NCBI GenBank assembly: GCA_001799735.1
Contig: MGUA01000020.1
Location: forward strand, 7,572-71,571
From: Elusimicrobia bacterium GWB2_63_22
GTDB lineage: Bacteria > Elusimicrobiota > Elusimicrobia > Elusimicrobiales > UBA9959
DNA length: 64,000 bases
Reading direction: 5' to 3'
A program made the translations under genes and the position numbers. Shown here one piece after another: positions 17,790 to 24,632 of this stretch (within the stretch, counting starts at the first letter, position 1; the number at the start of each line of letters is the position of its first letter). Under the pieces are notes generated by a model. The model searched no databases. It was not told where the DNA came from and saw only the letters and a list, made by a program, of their open reading frames with translations.

Positions 17790-18874
17790 CTGGCCGCCCC
17801 GGCGCGCGGCACGTCCGGGTTTCCGGAGCCCATCCCCGTAGCGCGCAGCAGCCGGACGATATCCGTGCTGCTCTTGAGCATGGCTTTAAGGTCGCCGCCG
17901 TGCAGCAGGCTGCTGTAATAGATGCAGAGCAGGCAGCCCAGGAACTCGCGGCGCCCTCCGGCCATGACCGCCTTGAAAATTTTTTCCCTGGACGCCCTGA
18001 CCTTAGCGAGGTCCGGGCCGGTGCGCCAGTCGCCCGCGGCGTAGCGGGCGCGCAGCGCGGGCTCCTGGGCTACGCTGGAAGCCGAGAGCATGGAGCAGGG
18101 GTAGAAATACCCGTCGGGCCCGATGGAGATCTCGCCCTGGCCGCAGAAACTCTCCAGCCAGGGCTTGCCCGCCCGCATGAGCTTGTAGCCGAACCGCGGG
18201 CTGTCCTTGAAAGCCCCGCGGCCAGCGCCCTTAAGCCAGCGGCTGGCGGCGAGCAGCTCGCACTCCAGGCCGGCCAGGTCGGCGCGCGTCCAGCGCTCCT
18301 GCACCGCGAAAGAGAGCCCCAGGTCGCCGGCGCAGAGCGAAGCCAGGAATTTAATATTTTCAAAAAGGCGGGGCGCGGTGGCGCGCGTCACGGTGGCGGA
18401 GATGCCGAGGCTGCGGCGCAGGCTTTTCGGGATGGCCAGCAGGTTGCGCACTACCCGGGCGGAGCTCGGCGCGCCGCCGGCATCGACGCGGTTAAGGTCC
18501 TGGCTGGCGGGCGCCCCGTCCAGGCTTATCTTCAGGTGCACGCCGCTGCGGCGGAACAGCTCCGCCGTGGGGCGGTCCAGCAGCAGGCCGTTGGAAAAAC
18601 ATTCTATCTCCAGGTCCGGCCCGGCCGCGCGCCGCAGCCAGGGCAGCAGCGAGCGCAGCAGTTTTTTATCCAGCAGCGGTTCGCCGCCGGAGATGCTGAT
18701 CTTCTCGGCCCGCGGGCCGGCGGCCCGCAGATACTGCAGCACGGCCAGTTTCATCCTGCGCAGGTCCAGCCGCTGCGCGCGCGAGCGGTCGAGACTGCCG
18801 GAATAGCAGTAGCGGCAGCGCATATTGCACTGGTTGGAAACGCAGATGTCTAGTTCCTGGGGGATGGTGTTCAT
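17786..18874 (-). CDS. Radical SAM protein with twitch/SPASM-like region, HxsC-like by position
   Basis: 362 aa with CNMRCRYC, ISGGEPLL, and CGQGEISIGPDGYFYPCS (the typical SPASM/twitch beta-hairpin motif). It lies 95 nt downstream of the His-Xaa-Ser peptide gene. Confidence 0.8.
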   Translation of the reverse strand: MNTIPQELDICVSNQCNMRCRYCYSGSLDRSRAQRLDLRRMKLAVLQYLRAAGPRAEKISISGGEPLLDKKLLRSLLPWLRRAAGPDLEIECFSNGLLLDRPTAELFRRSGVHLKISLDGAPASQDLNRVDAGGAPSSARVVRNLLAIPKSLRRSLGISATVTRATAPRLFENIKFLASLCAGDLGLSFAVQERWTRADLAGLECELLAASRWLKGAGRGAFKDSPRFGYKLMRAGKPWLESFCGQGEISIGPDGYFYPCSMLSASSVAQEPALRARYAAGDWRTGPDLAKVRASREKIFKAVMAGGRREFLGCLLCIYYSSLLHGGDLKAMLKSSTDIVRLLRATGMGSGNPDVPRAGAAR

Positions 18875-18969
18875 CGGAAACCCGCCGGGGGGCGGGGCTG
18901 CGGGGGAGACGCGGACGGAAGCCGCCCGCGCCCGCGGATGCGGGACGCGGGAGCGCCGTTAAAGCCCTG

Positions 18970-19302
18970 CTAGCACCAGCCGCCGCGGGCGTGCGAACCG
19001 TGGCTGCCGTGCGAACCGTGGCTGCCGTGCGAACCATGGCTGCCGTGCGAGGCGTGCGAACCGTGGCTGCCGTGCGAGCCGTGGCTGCCGTGGCTCTGGT
19101 GGCTGACGTGCGAGGTCGGGTCGGCCGGCGGGTAGAAGTAGTTCTGGTGGATGGTCTGCGCGCTCGCCTGGTCCACCATCGCCGCGCCGAGTATGCCCAG
19201 CGCGAGGCCGGCCTTCACTATGTCGGCGTCAAGCATCTTCCCCTCTTCGCTGTTGAGGAAGAGCTTTATATTCTTTTTTACTCCGGGTTTTTTCTTTTTC
19301 AT
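18970..19302 (-). CDS. His-Xaa-Ser repeat peptide (HxsA-like precursor candidate), 110 aa
   Basis: ORF-track entry 18970..19317 begins at a TTG. Five codons in there is an ATG (19302) preceded by AAGGAG with a 6-nt spacer. Product: MKKKKPGVKKNIKLFLNSEEGKMLDADIVKAGLALGILGAAMVDQASAQTIHQNYFYPPADPTS, then HVS-HQS-(HGS)4-HAS-(HGS)6, then HARGGWC. Confidence 0.8.
   Translation of the reverse strand: MKKKKPGVKKNIKLFLNSEEGKMLDADIVKAGLALGILGAAMVDQASAQTIHQNYFYPPADPTSHVSHQSHGSHGSHGSHGSHASHGSHGSHGSHGSHGSHGSHARGGWC
18994..19110 (-). repeat. Coding tandem repeat: 13 x 9 nt, organised as ~18-nt units gtgcgaaccgtggctgcc, encoding His-Xaa-Ser
   Basis: Direct reading shows gtgcgaaccgtggctgcc repeated with minor variants from ~18991 to ~19110 on the plus strand. 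On the minus strand it is in frame with the peptide CDS. Confidence 0.85.
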
Positions 19303-19313
19303 GGCCGGCTCCT

Positions 19314-20381
19314 TCAATCCTTACCTAAGGCCTTCCTGGCGTTTTTATTCACGTCTTCTATTATTTTCTGCTCTTCTTTCTTGCGGGCCTCTTCGAGGCG
19401 TTTCTTTTTCTCGGGGCTCATATTCTGTTCGTGCGTCGCCTCCGTCTGGGCGAAAGTGCCGGCGATCTTGTCGAGTATGAGCGAGCAGACCGAACCGGAC
19501 TTGGTGGAGAAAACTCCGCACTCCGTCATGTACTTCTCGGGGCAGGCGGAGATGTTGTTGTCCCGGAGCGAGAGGTAAAGCCTGTTGTTGTCCATGCAGT
19601 CCTGGGTCCTGCAGTTGCGGCTGTCGGCGGGGAACGCCTCGCGGCAGCGGCTCTTGTCGCGGGCGGGCGCCATGTCGCAGATATAGGAGAAGCCTTTGGC
19701 CACCTCGCGGCAGAATTCCGGCGGCACCTTGGCGCCCTCCACGCTGTCCCCCGCGAGATACTTGCGGCAGACCGACTCGCCGTTGACGTTGAACCGGCCG
19801 GCGGCGTAAGCGTAGAAGAGCACGCGGCTGGCGGGGTCCACGCACTGGTAATGCGGGCTCCAGAAATATTTATCCTTCTTGTTGAGGGACCCGGGCAGGA
19901 AGTTGCACATGTTCAGGTCGCCGTAGGCCACGGCGTTGCAGGAGAAGAACTGGGCCAGCAGGCTGTAGAGGGCGTCGTTCTCTTCCTTGGTGAAGACGTC
20001 CGGGCCGAAAGTGGCGTTGCCCCAGGCCTTGCCGTGGGAGGAGAGGATGCCGTTGAGGGTTTTGCCGGTGTAGCCTACCGGGGCGCGGGCGAAGTCCGCG
20101 TTGATGGTGGGCAGCGGGCCGGCCCCGGCCATTTCGGCCGGCGCCTTGAAAACCGAAGAGGGCGGGGCCTTTATCGGGGCAGAGGGCCGCGTTTCCTGCG
20201 ACGGCTGCTGGGCCGCGTAGGCGGTGGCCTCGGCCGGCAGCGGTATGCCCGCGGGGGCCTCGGCGACGGGCGTAGCCTGGCCCGCCGGCAGGGCGGGAAC
20301 GGGGCTGCGCCGCTGCATGTACTGCAGGAAAAGCACCAGGGCCAGCAGCCCGACAATAGCGATCACCACTGATTTTTTCAT
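19314..20381 (-). CDS. Membrane-anchored or exported Cys-rich protein (12 Cys) with Lys/Glu-rich C-terminal tail
   Basis: ORF-track entry 19314..20489, trimmed to Met37 (MKKSVVIAIVGLLALVLFL, a signal/anchor sequence). That ATG forms an ATGA overlap with the stop of the HxsD-like gene (20378..20381). A Pro/Ala-rich linker is followed by a ~220-aa domain with 12 Cys. No family recognised. Confidence 0.65.
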   Translation of the reverse strand: MKKSVVIAIVGLLALVLFLQYMQRRSPVPALPAGQATPVAEAPAGIPLPAEATAYAAQQPSQETRPSAPIKAPPSSVFKAPAEMAGAGPLPTINADFARAPVGYTGKTLNGILSSHGKAWGNATFGPDVFTKEENDALYSLLAQFFSCNAVAYGDLNMCNFLPGSLNKKDKYFWSPHYQCVDPASRVLFYAYAAGRFNVNGESVCRKYLAGDSVEGAKVPPEFCREVAKGFSYICDMAPARDKSRCREAFPADSRNCRTQDCMDNNRLYLSLRDNNISACPEKYMTECGVFSTKSGSVCSLILDKIAGTFAQTEATHEQNMSPEKKKRLEEARKKEEQKIIEDVNKNARKALGKD

Positions 20382-20695
20382 TTGCTCCCCCGTAAGCGCG
20401 GCTTGTTTTCGCCGCAGGCCGACAGCAGCGCCTTGGTCACTATCATGCCGGCCAGTTTTGAATTCTTTTTGGCAAGGTCGATACGGCACTGCTGGTTGAG
20501 CGCCTCGTTGGCGAACTCGCCGGCCAGCCGGTCCAGCGCCGCGCCCCCGGACAGCCGCGCGACCAGAACGCCTTTGCCGGGCGAGACTTTTACGCCGCAG
20601 CGCCCGGCGAAGACGTAGGCCGCCAGCTCGACGGCCTCTTTAGAATAGACCGCCGAGTCAAAAACCAGTTCTTTAGCGTCAGTCTGCTTTTTCAT
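20378..20695 (-). CDS. HxsD-like small protein (copy 1)
   Basis: 105 aa. Its size, position next to an HxsB-like rSAM gene (ATGA overlap 20692..20695), and the segment LAGEFANEALNQQCRIDL resemble the LLNDYxLRE-type signature that I recall for the HxsD family. Not verified by HMM. Confidence 0.55.
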   Translation of the reverse strand: MKKQTDAKELVFDSAVYSKEAVELAAYVFAGRCGVKVSPGKGVLVARLSGGAALDRLAGEFANEALNQQCRIDLAKKNSKLAGMIVTKALLSACGENKPRLRGSK

Positions 20696-22146
20696 TTTTT
20701 TGCCACCCAGCTCTCCAGCACCTTTTTGTCGCGGGCGTTCCCCAGCCTTTTAAAAATAGCGGCGAAGACGCCCTTGAACAGGCTGCAGCGGCCGTTGGAG
20801 CGCATATTGCCCCACAGCGAGCCCTGCGCCTCGTAGTTGTACACGGGGCAGACGCCGCAATAGGGCTTATAGGCGCAGCGCGAGCATTCGGGCTGGGCCT
20901 CGAGATTGGAGGAGACCACGCAGGCGCGGGCGGCCGGCGAGGCGAGGACCTTGCGCAGGCTGTCCTTGAACACGTTGCCGACGCGGAAAATGTCGTCGCC
21001 TTCCCAGCCCACCATGCGGCCCTCGTCGCAGGTGAAGAGGTCGCCGTTGTAGTTGTAGGCGATCTGGCCTATGGCCGCGCCGCAGGGGCAGCGCGCGTCC
21101 AGGTAGCCGGGCTCCGTGGCGTTCACTATCTTCTCCAGCATCATGGCGGCGGTCTTTTCGCGCATGACCGTGCCGCGGCGGTTAAGGGCGAGGATGTAGT
21201 CCAGGCAGCGGCCGTAAAATTCCTGGAACTCTTCCGGGGTATAGCCGATCTTGTCCCAGAGGCCGCGGGCGTAGCCGATGGGGGCCAGCGGCCGCACGAA
21301 GATGTCTTCCAGCCCCAGCGCCGCGTACTCTTCTATGATCTCCTTCCAGCGGGGCAGGGACTGGCGGGACACGGTGAGCAACGCGCCGGGTTTGAAGACG
21401 CGGTACTGCTGCGACTGGCGCGCGTGTTTCTCCTGGAAATATTTTATCCAGCGCACCGTGGCGGCGTGGGAGTTGCCGCCGGCGAAGATCCGGTTCTTGT
21501 TATGCAGGTCCGCCGGGCCGTCGAGAGAGGTGCAGATGGAGACCTCATTCTCGAGGAGGAAACGGGCCTTCTCCTCCGTCATCAGGGTAAAATTGGAGAC
21601 CAGCGCCAGCTTGAGTTCCTTGCCGGTGGCGGCGGCCTTTTCGCGGGCGCGCTTCACGGCGGCCTTCAGCACGTCCCAGTTCAGCAGCGGCTCCCCGCCC
21701 TGGAACTCTATGGTTATCAGGGGATTGGGAGAGGTGAAAGCGAAATCCACGCTGGCCAGCGCGGTCCTGCGGTCCATGTCCGTCTTTTTTGCGCCCTCGC
21801 CGGCGGCGCTGGACTGGCAGTAGAGGCATTTATGGTTGCACCTGAGGGTCAGCACCAGTATGTGCAGGCCCGGCCCCTGGTCCAGGTGCGCGTTCAGGGT
21901 GCGCCATTTAGCGGCCAGCCCTTCAAAATCCATGCTCTCCCGGACGAAGCCCGCGGCGGCGAGCCGCTTGAAGAGGGGGTCTTTTTTGGTTATGCCGCCG
22001 GCCATGACCCGCGCGAAATCCTTCTCGCCCAGCAGGGCGTGACAGCCGGCGTCGTTGGTCAGCAGGCGGCCGCCGGCCACCCGCTCCCAGCGGGCCAGGG
22101 GCGTCCTGGCGGACTTTTTATTTTTTACGGGGCTTTTTGGCGCCAT
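20692..22146 (-). CDS. Radical SAM / SPASM-type maturase, HxsB-like
   Basis: 484 aa with CNHKCLYC, IEFQGGEPLL, and a C-terminal Cys block (CPCGAA..., CSRCAYKPYCGVCPVYN, CSLFKG) typical of SPASM auxiliary clusters. Paralog of 539..1930. Confidence 0.8.
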   Translation of the reverse strand: MAPKSPVKNKKSARTPLARWERVAGGRLLTNDAGCHALLGEKDFARVMAGGITKKDPLFKRLAAAGFVRESMDFEGLAAKWRTLNAHLDQGPGLHILVLTLRCNHKCLYCQSSAAGEGAKKTDMDRRTALASVDFAFTSPNPLITIEFQGGEPLLNWDVLKAAVKRAREKAAATGKELKLALVSNFTLMTEEKARFLLENEVSICTSLDGPADLHNKNRIFAGGNSHAATVRWIKYFQEKHARQSQQYRVFKPGALLTVSRQSLPRWKEIIEEYAALGLEDIFVRPLAPIGYARGLWDKIGYTPEEFQEFYGRCLDYILALNRRGTVMREKTAAMMLEKIVNATEPGYLDARCPCGAAIGQIAYNYNGDLFTCDEGRMVGWEGDDIFRVGNVFKDSLRKVLASPAARACVVSSNLEAQPECSRCAYKPYCGVCPVYNYEAQGSLWGNMRSNGRCSLFKGVFAAIFKRLGNARDKKVLESWVAKK

Positions 22147-22579
22147 ACTTGTCTTCCCAAGTGCTCGTCAGTCCCAGCGGGTCCGCGGCTCCCCCGCGGA
22201 CGTCCTCTTTAATTTCTTTCTCGACCTGCGAAATAAGGTCGGCCAGCTCTTTTTCCTGTTCCGGGGTAAGCCCGGAATCCGGGACCGGGGCCGGGGTAGG
22301 CGAGGAGAGCGCCTTCAGCGTAAGGAACTCCCTGAGCTCCCTGTTCTCGGCCGAAATTTTTTCCCGCAGCTTCTCGTCCTCCAGTTCGGCCAGGAACTTC
22401 CCCTTCAGGGCGGCTCCGGACCCGCCGTCTTTAGGCGAGAGCGACACGGCCACGGCGCCGGCGCCGGCGCGGCTTATAAAAACGAAAGCCTCGCCGCTCA
22501 GGGCGTAAGCCGCGTAGCGCGCGGCGTCGAGGCTGTATTTTTTAAGGTCTACCTTAACGTTTGCGATCCTGTTGTCCAA
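22118..22579 (-). CDS. HxsD-like small protein (copy 2) with acidic/Pro-rich C-terminal extension
   Basis: 153 aa. The N-terminal ~100 aa parallel copy 1 (YSLDAARYAAYALSGEAFVFI vs YSKEAVELAAYVFAGRCGVKV) and contain LAELEDEKLREKI (an xLRE motif). It overlaps the HxsB-like start by 29 nt. Confidence 0.55.
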   Translation of the reverse strand: MDNRIANVKVDLKKYSLDAARYAAYALSGEAFVFISRAGAGAVAVSLSPKDGGSGAALKGKFLAELEDEKLREKISAENRELREFLTLKALSSPTPAPVPDSGLTPEQEKELADLISQVEKEIKEDVRGGAADPLGLTSTWEDKYGAKKPRKK

Positions 22580-22612
22580 AGCCCTGTCCTCCGTAAACTC
22601 GTTCTAAACCCG

Positions 22613-23398
22613 TCAGATTATACGGCAGCAGACCATGGTGCCGCCCCAGTCCTCGCCGAGCACTATGTAGCGGCCGACCCCGGTGGAAGTCTGGTTCAGG
22701 GGCAGGAAGCCCCAGACGCGGGCCACGCCGTCGCCCATATAGCCCATCACGCGGGCCCCCGCCGGGCAGAACGCCTGGGGCCCTATGGTGTACTGCACCC
22801 TGGAGCAGACGTTGCGGATATAGCCGGTGCCGGGGGTCATGATGATGTCGCCGGTCACCGAGATATTGCCGGAGACGCTGAGGCGCTGGCTGGGGAAGGA
22901 GGTGGCTATGCCCACGTTGCCGCCCTGGGTAATGGTCATCTGGGGCGAGGTGATGCGCTGGGTACCGGCCTGGGGCAGGCCGAAGACCCAGTTATTGCTG
23001 GAGTCTATGCCCATGGCCTTTACCACGTTGCCCTGCCGGGTCATCGCGATATAGGTAAGGGTCTGGCCGGAAGCAGGGCGCGTGACGCCGAAGGTGCCGT
23101 AGGACGCCGTGTCGGCATTAGCGCTGCCGTCCGTTATCTGCGTGGCCCCGTGCACGTGCAGTTTGCTGCCGGGCCCGGCGATGTTGATGCCCACGTTGCC
23201 GCCGTCCCTGGCCAGCAGGGTCTGGTTGGTGGTCAGCAGGCTGACATAGCCGCCGTAAGGGGCCGGATAATAAGTGGTAAGGGTTAAAGTCTCGGAGCCG
23301 ATAAAGCCCGGATGCCAGGCCAGCAGAAAGAAAGCAAGCAGAACCGAGATCTGCCTGCGGTTGAAGTTGAGTTTTAAGGATATTTCCGTGGTTTCCAT
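22613..23398 (-). CDS. Membrane-anchored or secreted protein with tail-fibre-like GNVGI repeats and a Cys-containing C-terminal domain
   Basis: ORF-track entry 22613..23434, trimmed to Met13 (METTEISL...), which is preceded by GGGGGAGG. It has a hydrophobic anchor (ISVLLAFFLLAW), TLTLTTYYPAPYGGY, two GGNVGI(N/A)...L.V.G motifs, and 4 Cys in the last 70 aa. Confidence 0.6.
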   Translation of the reverse strand: METTEISLKLNFNRRQISVLLAFFLLAWHPGFIGSETLTLTTYYPAPYGGYVSLLTTNQTLLARDGGNVGINIAGPGSKLHVHGATQITDGSANADTASYGTFGVTRPASGQTLTYIAMTRQGNVVKAMGIDSSNNWVFGLPQAGTQRITSPQMTITQGGNVGIATSFPSQRLSVSGNISVTGDIIMTPGTGYIRNVCSRVQYTIGPQAFCPAGARVMGYMGDGVARVWGFLPLNQTSTGVGRYIVLGEDWGGTMVCCRII

Positions 23399-23463
23399 AG
23401 AACCTCCCCCACTGGGACCGTCCCAAAGGCGCAAAACAGCGCCGCACCCAAATGCGCTGCTAT

Positions 23464-23518
23464 AGTCTAGCAGAAAATATTAATATTTTCAACGGGAAGT
23501 TAAGTATATGTATATACT
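23464..23518 (-). promoter_or_regulatory. Candidate promoter plus two AT-only palindromes upstream of the Hxs-type operon
   Basis: On the minus strand: TTGAAA (23492..23487), 17 nt, then TAGACT (23469..23464). A perfect 18-bp palindrome GAAAATATTAATATTTTC (23473..23490) overlaps the -35 and spacer. A second near-palindrome AGTATAT-gt-ATATACT lies at 23503..23518. Both are striking in a high-GC background. Confidence 0.35.
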
Positions 23519-23907
23519 CAAAGGAGGACCACGGTAAAAGGGGTTTTTGACTTTTCCAGCAGGAAAGCCCGGGCTTCGCCGGCCACATCGGCAAAATCCT
23601 CCAGGTCTTTGGGGGAGGAGGCGAGAAAAGAGGCGGAATTGCTTATTACCAGAGCGTAGCCGCCTGCCGGCAGCTCTTCGTGCAGGGACCGGAGGCAGTC
23701 CAGAAGAGCGTCCCAGTTGCGGCCGAAATAGGCGGGAAATTTGAAACTGTCGGCGAGCGCCTCCATAAGTTCGGCCTTGGCGGGGACCTTTGCCCCGTCT
23801 ATCCAGGCTGTAAAATAAACCGGCGGAGGGAACATTTTATTGATCCCCTCCGCCGTCATGCCGCGGCCCTTAAGGTCCAGGAAAAGTCCTTGTTCCCCGG
23901 GGCCCAT
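23518..23907 (-). CDS. Barstar-family ribonuclease inhibitor
   Basis: 129 aa with ...ELMEALADSFKFPAYFGRNWDALLDCL..., matching the barstar signature (F-P-x-Y-[FY]-G-x-N-x-D-A-L-x-D-C-L). It lies immediately downstream of the RNase gene. Confidence 0.8.
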   Translation of the reverse strand: MGPGEQGLFLDLKGRGMTAEGINKMFPPPVYFTAWIDGAKVPAKAELMEALADSFKFPAYFGRNWDALLDCLRSLHEELPAGGYALVISNSASFLASSPKDLEDFADVAGEARAFLLEKSKTPFTVVLL

Positions 23908-23911
23908 CGGC

Positions 23912-24463
23912 TCAGTAAACTACTTCGAGCAGTATGAAATGCGCGTAATGGTCGGGCGTGTAATAGATCTTCTGGCCGCCGCCGATTATAACGCGCTCGG
24001 AACCGCGGGCGCTCAGGTCGGGCGCCACCTGATAGGTGGTGCCGCCTATCACTACGGTGTGCGGGGCGTTGCCGGTGAGCAGCGTGTACTCTTTGTAGAA
24101 GCCGGCGGGCTGCGCGGGCAGTTTGCCTTCCTTGTTCTTGAAGGTGGTGCCGTCCTGCGAGTAGGGCAGGGGCTTGCCGTTATAAACATCCGAAACGAGC
24201 TTCATGATGGCCTTGATGCGGGCCTGGTCCTTGATGACGGGGGTGAAGTCCTTGCCGGGCTGCGGGGCGAGGCCGGCGGCCTTTTCCGGGGCGGCTACCT
24301 CGGCGGGGACGGGGAGCTCTACCAGGTTGGTATAGGACGAATTATCCAGCAGGTCGCCGAGCGCGGCGGATTTAAGTTCCTGCGCGCCGGCATAAGAAGC
24401 TATCGAAGTGAAAGAGAGGGCGGCTACCGCGAAAACATTTAACCAGAAGTTTTTCTTAAGCAT
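23912..24463 (-). CDS. Secreted barnase / RNase Sa-type (microbial N1/T1 family) ribonuclease
   Basis: ORF-track entry 23912..24484. The likely start is Met8 (MLKKNFWLNVFAVAALSFTSIASYAGA signal peptide), preceded by AAGGA. The C-terminal domain reads ...DGTTFKNKEGKLP...FYKEYTL...RGSERVIIGGG.KIYYTPDHYAHF, with the catalytic-type E, R and H context of barnase-like RNases. Confidence 0.8.
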   Translation of the reverse strand: MLKKNFWLNVFAVAALSFTSIASYAGAQELKSAALGDLLDNSSYTNLVELPVPAEVAAPEKAAGLAPQPGKDFTPVIKDQARIKAIMKLVSDVYNGKPLPYSQDGTTFKNKEGKLPAQPAGFYKEYTLLTGNAPHTVVIGGTTYQVAPDLSARGSERVIIGGGQKIYYTPDHYAHFILLEVVY

Positions 24464-24575
24464 GTTGACGTCCTTTATCCGCATTTTTAACGACAGCGTT
24501 ACAGTTATAGTTTAACTATACTGGCAAACCTTGCCGAGAGCAATAAGACCCAGGCCCGCCTAGGTCTTTAGGCCC

Positions 24576-24610
24576 AAAAAAGAACGGGCCGCGGTTTTTC
24601 TCCGCGGCCC
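24576..24610 (-). terminator. Intrinsic terminator downstream of the PIN-PhoH gene
   Basis: 9-bp GC stem gggccgcgg (24586..24594) pairs with ccgcggccc (24602..24610), with a 7-nt loop. On the minus-strand transcript it is followed by GUUC-UUUUUU (A-run 24576..24581 on the plus strand). Confidence 0.6.
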
Positions 24611-24632
24611 GCCCGTTCCGGCTTTCCCGGGG

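Noticed and set aside
18875-18969. GC-rich hairpin (gcgcccgc-ggat-gcgggacgc) between the HxS peptide gene and the HxsC-like gene, considered as an intrinsic terminator or attenuator
   Set aside because: The stem is short and bulged, and no U-tract follows on the minus-strand transcript. I cannot support a terminator call. A role as a processing or stability element remains possible but is untestable here.
18991-19113. 18-nt tandem DNA repeats considered as a possible CRISPR-like or VNTR array
   Set aside because: The units are contiguous with no spacers, in frame, and encode the His-Xaa-Ser tract of a CDS with a good SD. This is a coding repeat, not a CRISPR array.
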